Shown one piece after another: positions 11,642-22,086 of a stretch of DNA of 64,000 nucleotides. The notes under the pieces were generated by a model, which had not been told where the DNA came from, ran no database searches, and worked only from the letters and a program-made list of their open reading frames with translations. Every line of letters starts with the position of its first letter. The first letter of the stretch is position 1. The stretch is from Nitrospirota bacterium (GTDB lineage Bacteria > Nitrospirota > UBA9217): NCBI GenBank assembly GCA_035623825.1, contig DASPSR010000028.1, positions 1 to 64,000 of the forward strand, written 5' to 3'. The translations under genes were made by a program, and so were the position numbers.

Positions 11642-12625
11642 ATGACTATCATTAGCGTACAAAATCTTTCCAAACAGTTCAAGGATGTACACGCCGTAGA
11701 CGGAATATCCTTTGCGGTGAGCGAGGGAGAAATCTTCGGCTTCCTCGGGCCGAACGGGGCGGGCAAGACCACGACAATCAACGTCCTTTGCACGCTCCTC
11801 TCGCCCACCGGCGGAAGTGCTGCGATCGCCGGATACGACTGTGCCAAGCATCCGGATGAGGTGCGGTCGGCAATAGGACTCATCTTTCAGGACACCACGC
11901 TGGACACGGGGCTCACGGCCTATGAGAACCTGAAGTTTCACGCCTATCTCTACAACCTCGACCGCAAGCTCACCGAGCGCAGGATCGATGAGATGCTGAG
12001 CGTCGTAGAGCTCCAGCACCGGAAGCATGACCTCATCAAGAACTTCTCCGGCGGCATGAAGCGTCGCCTTGAGATCGCGCGGGGCCTGCTTCACTATCCG
12101 CGCGTCCTGTTCCTGGATGAGCCTACTCTCGGCCTCGACCCGCAGACGCGGACGACGATCTGGGACTTCATCAACATGCTCAGAAAGAAAGAGAAGATCA
12201 CCGTGTTCATGACCACCCATTACATGGAAGAAGCCGAGAACTGTGACCGCATTGCGATCATCGACCACGGGAAGATCATCGCCATGGGCACCCCTTCGAA
12301 ACTCAAGGAGATGGTGCACGGTGACATCATCCATCTCGTGACCGCGGACAACCTGCGTGCGATCCAGGAAATCGGATATACGTTCAACATCGCTGCGCGC
12401 GAGGAGAACGGCGGCCTCTCGCTTGAAACCGAGAAGGGCGAAGAATTCATCCCGAAGCTGATCCACGCGCTGACTGTCGAAACTCTTTCCGTGAGCCTCA
12501 AGAAGCCGACGCTGAACGATGTGTTCCTTCTGCTCACGGGCAGGACCATAAGGGACGAAATGCTCCAGAACGATAAAGAGGTCACGCGTGAGTTCGTCCG
12601 GAGCCACAGAAGGGCGCAGAGGTGA
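11642..12625 (+). CDS. ABC exporter ATP-binding protein (DrrA/NodI-like)
   Basis: GPNGAGKTT, FSGGMKRRLEIA, LDEPT.GLDP, TTHYMEEA. Confidence 0.92.
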   Translation: MTIISVQNLSKQFKDVHAVDGISFAVSEGEIFGFLGPNGAGKTTTINVLCTLLSPTGGSAAIAGYDCAKHPDEVRSAIGLIFQDTTLDTGLTAYENLKFHAYLYNLDRKLTERRIDEMLSVVELQHRKHDLIKNFSGGMKRRLEIARGLLHYPRVLFLDEPTLGLDPQTRTTIWDFINMLRKKEKITVFMTTHYMEEAENCDRIAIIDHGKIIAMGTPSKLKEMVHGDIIHLVTADNLRAIQEIGYTFNIAAREENGGLSLETEKGEEFIPKLIHALTVETLSVSLKKPTLNDVFLLLTGRTIRDEMLQNDKEVTREFVRSHRRAQR

Positions 12626-13389
12626 TCCAGTTCCGGCCCATATATGTCATCTGTCTGCGGGAGTTCAAAAAATTCTTCCGGGAAAAGAGCCGCCTCCTCG
12701 GTACGCTGGCGCGGCCCGTGCTCTGGCTCTTCGTGGTCGGGAACGGCATGAGCGCCCTCATCCGCCCGCAGGCCGGCTTCTCCTATCTGCAGTTCATCTT
12801 TCCCGGCATGATCGGCATGACGATCCTCTTCGCATCGATCTTCTCGTCCATCTCGATCGTCTGGGACCGGGAATTCGGGTTCATGAAGGAGATGCTCGTG
12901 GCCCCTATCTCCCGACTTTCCATCATCATGGGCAAGGCTATTTCGGGCACGGCCATCTCCGTGGCCCAGGCGGTCATCATCCTGGTCCTCATCCCCTTTC
13001 TCGGCATACGAATCACTTCTCTGCAGTTCGCTGAGGTCGTCGCGGTGTCCACACTCGTTTCCTTCTGCATCACCTCCATCGGCATCCTCATAGCGGCGCG
13101 TCTCACCTCCTTCGACGGGTTCAATATCATCATGAATTTCATCGTGATGCCCATGTTCTTCCTTTCCGGGGCCATGTATCCGGTGTCATCCATGCCGCAT
13201 GCCCTCCGCGAGTTAACGCATATCAATCCGCTTACCTACGGAATCGACGCTTTAAAGCATGCACTGCTGAGCAACGCAGAATCTCGTCTCGGCCCGGAGT
13301 TCCCTCTCTCGCTGGACCTAACCGTCGTGATCGGCATATCCGCAATCATGCTCACGTTCGCAGCCCTCTCTTTCCGGAGAAAGGATTAA
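12622..13389 (+). CDS. ABC-2 type permease
   Basis: About 6 TM helices, DREFGFMKEMLVAP, NPLTYGID; GTGA overlap with the ATPase gene. Confidence 0.9.
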   Translation: MIQFRPIYVICLREFKKFFREKSRLLGTLARPVLWLFVVGNGMSALIRPQAGFSYLQFIFPGMIGMTILFASIFSSISIVWDREFGFMKEMLVAPISRLSIIMGKAISGTAISVAQAVIILVLIPFLGIRITSLQFAEVVAVSTLVSFCITSIGILIAARLTSFDGFNIIMNFIVMPMFFLSGAMYPVSSMPHALRELTHINPLTYGIDALKHALLSNAESRLGPEFPLSLDLTVVIGISAIMLTFAALSFRRKD

Positions 13390-13499
13390 CAGGGGCTTTT
13401 CAGGGAAAATCACAAAATTTCCTTGAGTTTTCCCCGGCAACAGACTATTATGGGGCTTTGCGGCACAGTGCTTACCATTTCCAGGATAGAGGAGACACG

Positions 13500-14531
13500 A
13501 TGTCCAGAGCAGACAGGTTCTTGAAGGCATGCAGACGTGAAAGCGTTGACTGTACCCCGGTATGGATGATGCGCCAGGCGGGAAGATATTTGCCGGAATA
13601 CCGCGAGATCCGGGCAAAGCACACCTTCCTGGAGATGTGCAAGACGCCTGAGCTCGCCGCAGAGGTGACGATCCAGCCAGTGCGGCGCTACGAGATAGAC
13701 GCTGCGATCATCTTTGCCGATATCCTGCTCCCGCTGGAACCCATGGGAATCGGCTTGGAGTTCGCCAAGGGCGAAGGACCCGTGATCCATAACCCTGTGC
13801 GCACCATGGCCGACGTGCAGAAGCTCAAGCCCATCGATGCGGCCAACCAGATCGAGTACCTCATGAAGGCCATCAAGCTCGTGCTCAGGGAGCTTGATGG
13901 AAAAGTTCCGCTCATCGGCTTCTCCGGAGCGCCCTTCACCCTCGCGAGCTACATCATCGAGGGCGGCGGATCGAGAAATTACGAGCATGCCAAGGCCATG
14001 ATGTTCGCCGAGCCCGGGGCCTGGCACAAACTGATGGAGCACCTCACCGGCGTCATCATCAATTACCTCAATGCACAGATCGATTCTGGGGTGCAGGTGG
14101 TCCAGCTCTTCGACAGCTGGGTGGGTGCTCTCGGTCCGAGCGACTACCGCGAGTTCGTGCTGCCGCACCAAAAGAACGTGATCGCCGGGGTCAAAGGTGA
14201 CGTGCCGCTCATCCATTTCGCTCATGGGGCAACGCACCTCCTCGAGATGGTGGCCGAGGCAGGCGGCGACGTAATCGGGCTTGACTGGCGCTGCGATCTC
14301 GATGCTGCCTGGAAGCGGGTGGGATTCGACAAGGCCGTGCAGGGAAACCTGGATCCTGTTTCGCTCTTCGGCTCCAGGGATTTCATCCGGAAGCGCACAA
14401 AGGAGATCCTCGACCGGGCAGCAGGCAGGAACGGCCACATCATGAACCTCGGCCACGGCATCCTGCAGCAGACGCCGCTCGACCATGCCGCGGAATTCAT
14501 CAATGCAACGCATGAACTGAGCACGAGATAA
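13500..14531 (+). CDS. hemE: uroporphyrinogen decarboxylase
   Basis: PVWMMRQAGRYLPEY, FADIL, QGNLDP, NLGHG. Confidence 0.97.
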   Translation: MSRADRFLKACRRESVDCTPVWMMRQAGRYLPEYREIRAKHTFLEMCKTPELAAEVTIQPVRRYEIDAAIIFADILLPLEPMGIGLEFAKGEGPVIHNPVRTMADVQKLKPIDAANQIEYLMKAIKLVLRELDGKVPLIGFSGAPFTLASYIIEGGGSRNYEHAKAMMFAEPGAWHKLMEHLTGVIINYLNAQIDSGVQVVQLFDSWVGALGPSDYREFVLPHQKNVIAGVKGDVPLIHFAHGATHLLEMVAEAGGDVIGLDWRCDLDAAWKRVGFDKAVQGNLDPVSLFGSRDFIRKRTKEILDRAAGRNGHIMNLGHGILQQTPLDHAAEFINATHELSTR

Positions 14532-14628
14532 CGCCGGAAGCATCAAAGCTCCCCTTGCCGCACAAGGCCGATTTTCTGGAGCCTGAACGTTTGGGATTTC
14601 TTTGATATCCGGATTTTAAATTTCCGTC

Positions 14629-15525
14629 ATGACCCGTACAGCCATCATACTCATTGCCCTCGGCGGTCCGCGGTCGCTCAGCGAAGTGGGACCGTTCATG
14701 GCCGCCTTTATGGGAAGACCGGTGCCGCCGTCCGTTGTGGACGCCGTAGTGGATCGATACAAACTCATTGGCGGCAAGTCGCCGCTGCCTGAGATCATTA
14801 AGGCGCAGGCCGAAGCCTTGACTGAGGAGCTCGGTAACGGCTACCGGGCCTATGAAGGATTCCGTTATTCAGAGCCGACGGTTGCTGAATCATTTGAGCA
14901 AGCCGTTAAAGACGGTGCGCGACGCGTTATCGCCCTCTCGATGTCGCCCTTCTCGACCGAAGTCACAACCGGGGCATACAAAAGCGCGTGCGAAGGGTTG
15001 GGAGGCGGGGATACCTGCCCGCTCTTCATTGCAAGCTGGCACGATAACCCCTTTTTCATCAGGGCATGGCAGGAAGGGGTGTCCGCAGGCCTTAAGCGTT
15101 TCAGGCCGGAACAGCAAAAGTGCGTCGCCGTCCTCTTCACCAGCCACAGCATCCCCGTGCGGTACATCGCCGCAGGCGATCCGTACAAGCGGCAGGTTGA
15201 GGAGACCGTAAAGCTCGTTGTCGGCAGCCTTGACATCAATCTGTGGCGCATAGCCTGGCAGAGCAAAGGCACGCGGGCGACAGAGCCCTGGATCGAGCCC
15301 GAGGTGGAGCCAACCCTGGACAAGCTCGCTCTGGAAGGGTGCAAGGCCGTGCTCGAGGTCCCGATCGGCTTTACCTGCGACCACATGGAGACGCTCTACG
15401 ACATCGACATCGTCCATCGTGCGCACGCAAAAAGGCTGGGAATGGAATTCGAGCGTGCAGAGTCGCTAAACACATCGCCACTCTTTATTAAGGCGCTTGC
15501 GGACATTGTGAGGAGAGCGGTTTGA
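14629..15525 (+). CDS. hemH: ferrochelatase (coproporphyrin or protoporphyrin type)
   Basis: LGGP, RY..IGG.SPL, FTSHSIP, GDPY, F..DH.ETLYDID. Confidence 0.93.
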   Translation: MTRTAIILIALGGPRSLSEVGPFMAAFMGRPVPPSVVDAVVDRYKLIGGKSPLPEIIKAQAEALTEELGNGYRAYEGFRYSEPTVAESFEQAVKDGARRVIALSMSPFSTEVTTGAYKSACEGLGGGDTCPLFIASWHDNPFFIRAWQEGVSAGLKRFRPEQQKCVAVLFTSHSIPVRYIAAGDPYKRQVEETVKLVVGSLDINLWRIAWQSKGTRATEPWIEPEVEPTLDKLALEGCKAVLEVPIGFTCDHMETLYDIDIVHRAHAKRLGMEFERAESLNTSPLFIKALADIVRRAV

Positions 15526-15629
15526 GCCTTTGTTTGTTATATGGGGGGAATCGAGCTCTATTAAAAGCCTTTATCATCTCATTTCAGCGAATCCGGGCGA
15601 ACTCTGCGCCCAAATATGGGGTTTAAACT

Positions 15630-17048
15630 ATGCCGAAAGTCATTATCGTGGGCGGCGGTATTGCCGGCCTGGCCGCTGCCGTACATCTGAAATCCGGGGC
15701 GAAGGCCCATGGGAAGGCCATCGATATCGTGTTGCTTGAAAAGGACAGGCGCATCGGTGGAAAGTTTATCACCGAAAAGATCGGCCCTTTCACCGTCGAA
15801 GGCGGGCCTGACAGCTTCCTGCCGGAAAAGGTCTGGACCGTGAACCTCGCGCGCCATCTCGGTCTCGAGTCCGAGATGATGCCCACGAACGAGCAGTTCA
15901 AAGGCACCTATCTCTATTCGAAAAATAAGCTCCACGCGCTGCCCGATGGCGTGATGCTCATGGTGCCGACCATGCTCTGGCCAATGGTGAAGTCCGGCCT
16001 CATCTCCTGGCCAGGGAAGCTCCGGATGGGAATGGAAGTAATCATTCCAAAGAGAAAGGACCGGGGAGACGAAAGCCTGGCCGACTTCGTGACCCGCAGG
16101 CTGGGTCGCGAATGCCTGGAGAAGATAGCGGAACCGCTCGTCGCCGGCATCCATACGTCGAACCCGGACAACATGAGCGTCCTCGCCACATTCCCGCGCT
16201 TTGTCCAGATGGAACAGAAGAGCGGCAGCCTCATTCTCGGAATGCTCTCGGCGATGAAGAAACGGCCTTCGAGCGCGCCGCCACCCAAGCCCGGTGCGCC
16301 TAAGATGACCTTCTTCATGAGCTTCAAGGATGGCATCCAGGCCCTCTCGGACAAATGCGTCGAATATATCGGAAATGAATCGATCAGGGTCGGCGCGGGG
16401 GTCAAGGCCGTTGAGCCGCGCAGTGGCGGAGGATATGCCGTTTTGCTCGAAAGCGGAGAGACCCTCGAAGCGGACCATGTCATGCTCGGCACGGCGTCAT
16501 ACGATTCCGCAGAGATGATCAAGGGTCTGGACGCGGACCTTGCCGCGCAGCTGAATAAAATCGAATGGTCGACATCGGCTACGGTCTCGATCGCTTTCCG
16601 TAAGGAAGACGTGAAAGTGCCGCTCAAAGGGTTCGGCTTCATAGTCCCTCGCGTCGAAGGCAGAAGTATCAATGCGGCCACCTACAGCTCCATCAAATGG
16701 TCGTTCCGCGCTCCCGACGATCATGTCCTCGTCCGCGGCTTTGTCGGAGGCGGGCATCATGAAGAGCTCGTGAACGAGCTCGATGATGCGAGGCTCGTGA
16801 GGACAGTCCTGGAAGAGCTGGACGCGATCGTCGGCATCAAGGCAGAGGCCCGGTTCTCCAAGGTCTACCGCTGGTACAGAGGCATGCCCAAGTATACCGT
16901 TGGACACTTGGACCGGATATCCGTCATCGACCGGTCCGTCGCCATGCATCCGGGTCTGCACCTTATCGGCTGCTCATACAAGGGCATCGGCATCGGGGAT
17001 TGCGTCCACGAGTCTCAGATCGCGGCGGAGAAGATACTGAAGGCGTAG
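15630..17048 (+). CDS. hemY: HemY-type (copro/proto)porphyrinogen oxidase
   Basis: GGGIAGL FAD motif, EGGPDSF, EPLVAGIH, GFGF.VP, MPKY.VGH, GIGIGDC. Confidence 0.92.
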   Translation: MPKVIIVGGGIAGLAAAVHLKSGAKAHGKAIDIVLLEKDRRIGGKFITEKIGPFTVEGGPDSFLPEKVWTVNLARHLGLESEMMPTNEQFKGTYLYSKNKLHALPDGVMLMVPTMLWPMVKSGLISWPGKLRMGMEVIIPKRKDRGDESLADFVTRRLGRECLEKIAEPLVAGIHTSNPDNMSVLATFPRFVQMEQKSGSLILGMLSAMKKRPSSAPPPKPGAPKMTFFMSFKDGIQALSDKCVEYIGNESIRVGAGVKAVEPRSGGGYAVLLESGETLEADHVMLGTASYDSAEMIKGLDADLAAQLNKIEWSTSATVSIAFRKEDVKVPLKGFGFIVPRVEGRSINAATYSSIKWSFRAPDDHVLVRGFVGGGHHEELVNELDDARLVRTVLEELDAIVGIKAEARFSKVYRWYRGMPKYTVGHLDRISVIDRSVAMHPGLHLIGCSYKGIGIGDCVHESQIAAEKILKA

Positions 17049-17248
17049 CACATTCTCCCAGCCCGCATGAGCGCTACGGGAATGAGCGCAGTCTCAAGAA
17101 GAACGCAAGACTGGTTCACAGCCCATAATGAGATCCGTCCGTGTCATTCGACCGTTTCGCGCAGTAATCGTCTTGCCTTGAACTGCGTTTGACCGTGTCT
17201 GTCGATTTCTTCTCGACAAAGTCATAGATATACTTTAAACTGCTTTTT

Positions 17249-17641
17249 ATGAACCACTTCATGGATGTAAAGATATACTATGAGGACACGGACTGCGGCG
17301 GCGTAGTGTACTACGCGAACTACCTAAAGTACATGGAGAGGGCGCGGACCGAATACCTCGCGAGCCGAGGCTACTCCGTCAAGAAGATGATGGATGAAGG
17401 CACGATCTTCATGGTGCTTCGCGTGGAGATCGATTACAAGGCTCCGGCGCATTACGGGGACATGATCGAAATCGAGACATGGGTCTCGGACATCTCCCGC
17501 GTTACCGCGGTCTTCAACCACATAATGAGGGAAAAGGCTACCCGCAGGGTCATCGTGGAATGTAAAGCCAAGATCGTATACGTCGACAAGAACGGAAAGC
17601 CCAAGCGCCTGCCTGATGAATACGTAGAAAGGTTGAACTGA
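17249..17641 (+). CDS. YbgC/FadM family acyl-CoA thioesterase
   Basis: YYEDTDCGGVVYYANYLKYMERARTE hotdog-fold motif. Confidence 0.9.
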   Translation: MNHFMDVKIYYEDTDCGGVVYYANYLKYMERARTEYLASRGYSVKKMMDEGTIFMVLRVEIDYKAPAHYGDMIEIETWVSDISRVTAVFNHIMREKATRRVIVECKAKIVYVDKNGKPKRLPDEYVERLN

Positions 17642-17792
17642 TACCGTCTCCGGCAAAGACACAAAGTGCGCTCCAGAGATTCCGAACTGCCTCTGCATCG
17701 TAAGCCCAGATCCATCAGGACGGCATCACAAGTATCGCTCGTGGCAGTCAACCTCAGCATCCCGCCGGGCTTTGCGGGCGACAGAACCTCAC

Positions 17793-18524
17793 ATGGCTTC
17801 ACTGACATATGACAGCATTTCCCTCCGTGGCGCCGGAGTCGTAACCATCGTCCAGCATAAGAAAGGTCATCGCTTCACCCTCGACAGCCTCCTGCTCGCG
17901 GACTTCTGCCGCATCAAACCTCGAGGCAGAATACTCGAACCTGGTGCAGGGACAGGGATCATCTCGATTTTGCTCGCAAGAAAATTCCCCAAAGCGCTGT
18001 TCGTGGCGGACGAAGTTGAACCGTCTTCATACAGCCTCCTGTGCGACAATATCGAGAGGAATGGGCTTCTTGACCGTATCCTTCCCGTCAATCGGGATGT
18101 TAAATATCTGGGCCGATCGATCATGCCGGAGGCCTTCGATGCCATCGTCGCGAATCCGCCCTATATCAGATCAGGAACAGGCAGAAAAAGCCCCTCGCCC
18201 GAACGTCAAATGGCCCGGCAAGACCTGACGGCATCCCTGCATTTCTGGCTCAATCTCCAATCGCTTTTAAAGAACAAGGGCAGGTACTTCATCGTCTATC
18301 ACGCCGGCAGGCTGGCAGAACTGGTTGCGCTGATGAGAATGCGCAATATCGAACCCAAACGTATGCGCCTTGTGCATCCCCGTGCGGATAAACCCGCATC
18401 ACTTGTTTTGATCGAAGCAGTAAAGTCTGCCGGCATCGGCCTCGATGTCCTGCCACCACTCGTCGTGCATCAAACGGACGGTAAATATACCGAAGAGATG
18501 CACCGTATCTACAATCTGACGTAA
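17793..18524 (+). CDS. tRNA1(Val) adenine(37)-N6 methyltransferase (YfiC/TrmN6-like)
   Basis: G.RF..DSLLLA.F, LEPGAGTG, ANPPY, PKR.R.VHP. Confidence 0.85.
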   Translation: MASLTYDSISLRGAGVVTIVQHKKGHRFTLDSLLLADFCRIKPRGRILEPGAGTGIISILLARKFPKALFVADEVEPSSYSLLCDNIERNGLLDRILPVNRDVKYLGRSIMPEAFDAIVANPPYIRSGTGRKSPSPERQMARQDLTASLHFWLNLQSLLKNKGRYFIVYHAGRLAELVALMRMRNIEPKRMRLVHPRADKPASLVLIEAVKSAGIGLDVLPPLVVHQTDGKYTEEMHRIYNLT

Positions 18525-18652
18525 AGCCCTGTCCAACTATGCTATAATTCTAGCAATAAGCTCCTGTTTATTTATTGTGGTCTTTCCTGCGCCTCTCAAT
18601 AGAGGCACTGCTCCGTACCCGTTTCCGTGTGACAAACTAAGGAGGGTCTCTT

Positions 18653-19858
18653 ATGGCGGAACAGTCATTTACGTATATTATCATCGGTGGGGGACTTGCA
18701 GGCGCTTCGGCCATAGACGGCATCAGGGAACTCGACAAGAAGGGTTCTCTTCTCATGATCGGAAGAGAAAAGCACCTGCCGTACGACCGCCCGCATCTCT
18801 CCAAGAAATTGTGGTTCGGCAAGAAGAAGGTCGAGGACATTTTTCTTCATAAGCACGAATTCTATGCGCAAAATAACGCCGCGATAGCCGTCGGTGCCAC
18901 CGTAAAGACGCTCGATGCCGTAACCAAGACTGTGACCGACGACAAAGGCAAGACCTATCGTTTTGAGAAACTCCTGCTGGCCACAGGAGGCATTCCGCGG
19001 ACCCTGCCCATCCCCGGAGGGAATCTCGAGGGCATCTGCTATTATCGCTACCTCGATGATTACCTGCGGATACGGCAGGAGGCGTCAGCGGGAAAATCCG
19101 CCGTGGTCATCGGCGGCGGATTCATCGGGTCGGAGGTGGCCGCTGCACTCAACATCAACAATGTTGACGTGACCATGATCTTCCCCGATCCCTACCTTGT
19201 GAGCAGGGTCTTCCCCGAATACCTGGGACGGGCTCTACAGGACCACTACCGTGCACGCGGGATAAAGATTCTCGCAGGTGAGCAACCCTCGGTCTTCTCA
19301 AAAGATGGAAAGGGTTTTACGACATTCACGCTGAGCGGCAAGAAAATCGAGTCGGACATGGTGATCGTGGGTGTCGGCATCAGACCGTCCATCGAACTCG
19401 CCGGTGCCGCGGGCATCCAGACGGGAAACGGTGTCGTGGTGAATGATTACCTCCAGACCTCGAACCCCGAAATCTTCGCGGCTGGAGATAATGCATTCTT
19501 TCCTTACCAGGCGCTCGGTATCCAGACGCGGATCGAGCACTGGGACAATGCGTTGAATCAGGGCAAGTGGGCAGGCCGGAACATGGCTGGTGCTCATGAG
19601 CCGTTCACCTACATGCCGTACTTCTTCTCGGACCTCTTTGAATTCGGGTACGAGGCCGTCGGCGAGGTGGACGCACGGCTCGAGACCTTCGCTGACTGGC
19701 AGAAGGAAAACGACACGGGAGTGATCTATTACCTCAGAGACGGCAAGGTCAGGGGGGCCATGATGTGCAATGTGTGGGAGAAGGTCGAGGCTGCCCGTGC
19801 GCTTATCCGGCGGGGCGAGACGATGATGCCGGAGAATTTGCGCGGAGTTATCCGCTGA
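18653..19858 (+). CDS. FAD/NAD(P)-dependent oxidoreductase (ferredoxin/monodehydroascorbate reductase-like)
   Basis: GGGLAG, PYDRP.LSK, GGGFIGSE, AAGD, RIEHWDNA, PYFFSD. Confidence 0.88.
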   Translation: MAEQSFTYIIIGGGLAGASAIDGIRELDKKGSLLMIGREKHLPYDRPHLSKKLWFGKKKVEDIFLHKHEFYAQNNAAIAVGATVKTLDAVTKTVTDDKGKTYRFEKLLLATGGIPRTLPIPGGNLEGICYYRYLDDYLRIRQEASAGKSAVVIGGGFIGSEVAAALNINNVDVTMIFPDPYLVSRVFPEYLGRALQDHYRARGIKILAGEQPSVFSKDGKGFTTFTLSGKKIESDMVIVGVGIRPSIELAGAAGIQTGNGVVVNDYLQTSNPEIFAAGDNAFFPYQALGIQTRIEHWDNALNQGKWAGRNMAGAHEPFTYMPYFFSDLFEFGYEAVGEVDARLETFADWQKENDTGVIYYLRDGKVRGAMMCNVWEKVEAARALIRRGETMMPENLRGVIR

Positions 19859-20060
19859 CTATACAATCTTTCCAGCGCAGAAGGCGCAGAAAGCTAAATT
19901 GTAATCCATCCGGTCAAACAGGGCAAATGGCCCAATCATGCTCTTCTGCGGCTGCGGATTGGCCTTCGTGTCATATGGTGCCTGAGACTGAAGAGAGCTT
20001 TTCCCCTGTGCTTTGATGTCTGAATTCAAGCTTCTTACCTGCATCGAAGAGGAGGACGGC

Positions 20061-20396
20061 GTGAAACTCGCAGAGCTGGCTTGCAAACCCGTGCGGACAG
20101 GTACCGCCTCTCTTTCGCGAAAGGAGGCCGAGACCCTGCTGCCTCAGGTCCCGACATGGTCGCTCGGGGAAAGGGAGATCACAAGGGAGTTCCGCTTCAG
20201 GGATTTTCGCCAAGCCATGGATTTTGTGAATAACGTGGCTTCGATTGCGAATGCTGAGGACCACCATCCGGATATTTTCGTATCCTATAATAATGTTCGT
20301 CTCACGTTGTCGACACACAAGATCGGCGGATTGTCCATGAACGATTTCATCATGGCCGCTAAGATTGATCTGCTGGCAATCCAGTGGAAGGTGTGA
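20061..20396 (+). CDS. phhB: pterin-4a-carbinolamine dehydratase
   Basis: EDHHPD and THKIGGLS.NDFIMAAK motifs; GTG start after GAGGAGG. Confidence 0.9.
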   Translation: MKLAELACKPVRTGTASLSRKEAETLLPQVPTWSLGEREITREFRFRDFRQAMDFVNNVASIANAEDHHPDIFVSYNNVRLTLSTHKIGGLSMNDFIMAAKIDLLAIQWKV

Positions 20397-20406
20397 GAGC
20401 GCACTT

Positions 20407-21198
20407 ATGGCCCGTCATTCGATTGAACAGGGCGCCGGACAGAATACGTTGCAGGGCAAGATCGCACTGGTCACCGGTGCAAGCAGGCGCATCGGCCGCG
20501 CAATCGCCATTGCACTTGCCGAAGAAGGCGTGCATATCGTTGCACATGACCGTCGTTCGCTGGAATCGGAAACGATCAAGGTCTGTGACGAAGTGGTCGG
20601 CTGCGGGGCGAAGTCATGGAGGGTCATCGCTGATCTGGAGAAGCCTGAGGAATATGCGGCGCTGATGACCCGTGCGCTGCAGGCCGCGGGATCGCTCGAC
20701 ATCGTGATCAATAACGCGTCCGTATTTCTTCCGAACACGCTCATGGATGTGGAGTTCGGAGACCTGACGCGGCACATCCAGGTAAATGCATGGGCGCCAT
20801 TCGTGCTCTGCCGTGAGTTCGCAAGGCTTGCCGGGCGGGGCAAGATCATCAATCTCCTCGATACCAGGATACAAGGGTACGACCGGGCGCACGTGGCCTA
20901 TATCCTCAGCAAGCATATTCTCGCAGTGCTCACAAAGATGTGCGCCCTCGAGTTCGCTCCTGCCATCACGGTGAACGGCGTCGCTCCCGGCCTGATCCTT
21001 CCGCCGCCAGGAAAAGATCAGAGCTACCTTGAGCAGTTGGCACACGCAACGCCGCTCAAACGACACGGGGGTCCGGAAGATATCACGAGAGCGGTCGTAT
21101 ACCTGCTCACAAGCGATTTTGTGACTGGCCAGATCATCTTTGTTGACGGTGGTCGGCACCTTCTGGAGGGGGACAATGGACCGCATCCTGATCAGTGA
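20407..21198 (+). CDS. pteridine reductase-type SDR (FolM/PTR1-like)
   Basis: TGASRRIG (Arg-containing pteridine reductase variant), NNAS.F, Y..SK, VNGVAPG. Confidence 0.82.
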   Translation: MARHSIEQGAGQNTLQGKIALVTGASRRIGRAIAIALAEEGVHIVAHDRRSLESETIKVCDEVVGCGAKSWRVIADLEKPEEYAALMTRALQAAGSLDIVINNASVFLPNTLMDVEFGDLTRHIQVNAWAPFVLCREFARLAGRGKIINLLDTRIQGYDRAHVAYILSKHILAVLTKMCALEFAPAITVNGVAPGLILPPPGKDQSYLEQLAHATPLKRHGGPEDITRAVVYLLTSDFVTGQIIFVDGGRHLLEGDNGPHPDQ

Positions 21199-21532
21199 CC
21201 TGCTTGTGCGCTGCATCATTGGCGTGAATGAAGAAGAACGGCGCGAAAAGCAGGACGTCCTGATTAACCTGGCGATCTCATTAGACCTCGACAAGGCCGG
21301 GAACAGCGACCGGTTCGAGGACACCGTGGATTATCGCGACATCAAGAAGCGGATCATGGCCATGGCTGAGAACTCCCGGTATTACCTGGTAGAGGCTTTG
21401 GCTGAAGCCGTGGCCCGCATCTGCCTCGAACATCCGGCGGTGGCCGAGGCGCAGGTGCGTGTCGAAAAGCCTTCGGCGCTGCGCTTTGCCAGAAGCGCAG
21501 GAGTCGAGATCACGAGAAGACGTCAGGGCTGA
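21176..21532 (+). CDS. folB: dihydroneopterin aldolase/epimerase (FolB/FolX family)
   Basis: IIGVNEEER..KQ, SD...TVDY, LVE.LAE, V.KP.ALRFA. Confidence 0.85.
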   Translation: MDRILISDLLVRCIIGVNEEERREKQDVLINLAISLDLDKAGNSDRFEDTVDYRDIKKRIMAMAENSRYYLVEALAEAVARICLEHPAVAEAQVRVEKPSALRFARSAGVEITRRRQG

Positions 21533-22086
21533 TGATGGAGCGTGCGTTCGTAAGCGTGGGATCGAACATCGATCCTGAGAACAATGTAATAAAGGCCGTA
21601 CGCCTGCTCGGCGCACAAACGCACGTTCGGGCGATATCCACGGTCTATCTCACTGAGCCCATAGGGCGGGCCGGACAGCCGCCGTACTATAACTGTATGC
21701 TGGAGATCGAAACCGTGATGCCTCCTCTGGACCTGAAGCGGACCGTGCTGCGGCACATTGAGGACTCGCTGGGGCGAGTCCGAAATAAGGATAAATTTGC
21801 GCCGCGCACGATCGACCTCGACCTCGTCCTGTACGACGGCATCACGATGGACGCTGAGGAGCTCACGCTTCCCGATCCCGAAATCCTCCATCGGCCCTTT
21901 CTCGCATTTTCACTTCACGAGCTCGCACCGGATCTGATCCTGCCGGGTTCGGGTGCACGCATTGCGGACGTCGCGGCGGGGATGCAGCGGGAAACGATGA
22001 ACCCGCTTGAATCGTACACCGATATGCTGAGGGAGGAGATAGGACATGGCTCTAAACACGGAAAGGATCCAGAATCTCGTTCGTGA
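21532..22086 (+). CDS. folK: 6-hydroxymethyl-7,8-dihydropterin pyrophosphokinase
   Basis: [24 protein letters not shown]....R.F. Confidence 0.93.
   Translation: MMERAFVSVGSNIDPENNVIKAVRLLGAQTHVRAISTVYLTEPIGRAGQPPYYNCMLEIETVMPPLDLKRTVLRHIEDSLGRVRNKDKFAPRTIDLDLVLYDGITMDAEELTLPDPEILHRPFLAFSLHELAPDLILPGSGARIADVAAGMQRETMNPLESYTDMLREEIGHGSKHGKDPESRS

Noticed and set aside
11477-14546. Long antisense ORFs (376 aa at 11477-12607, 378 aa at 13410-14546)
   Set aside because: Shadows of GC-rich real genes on the opposite strand, with no motifs
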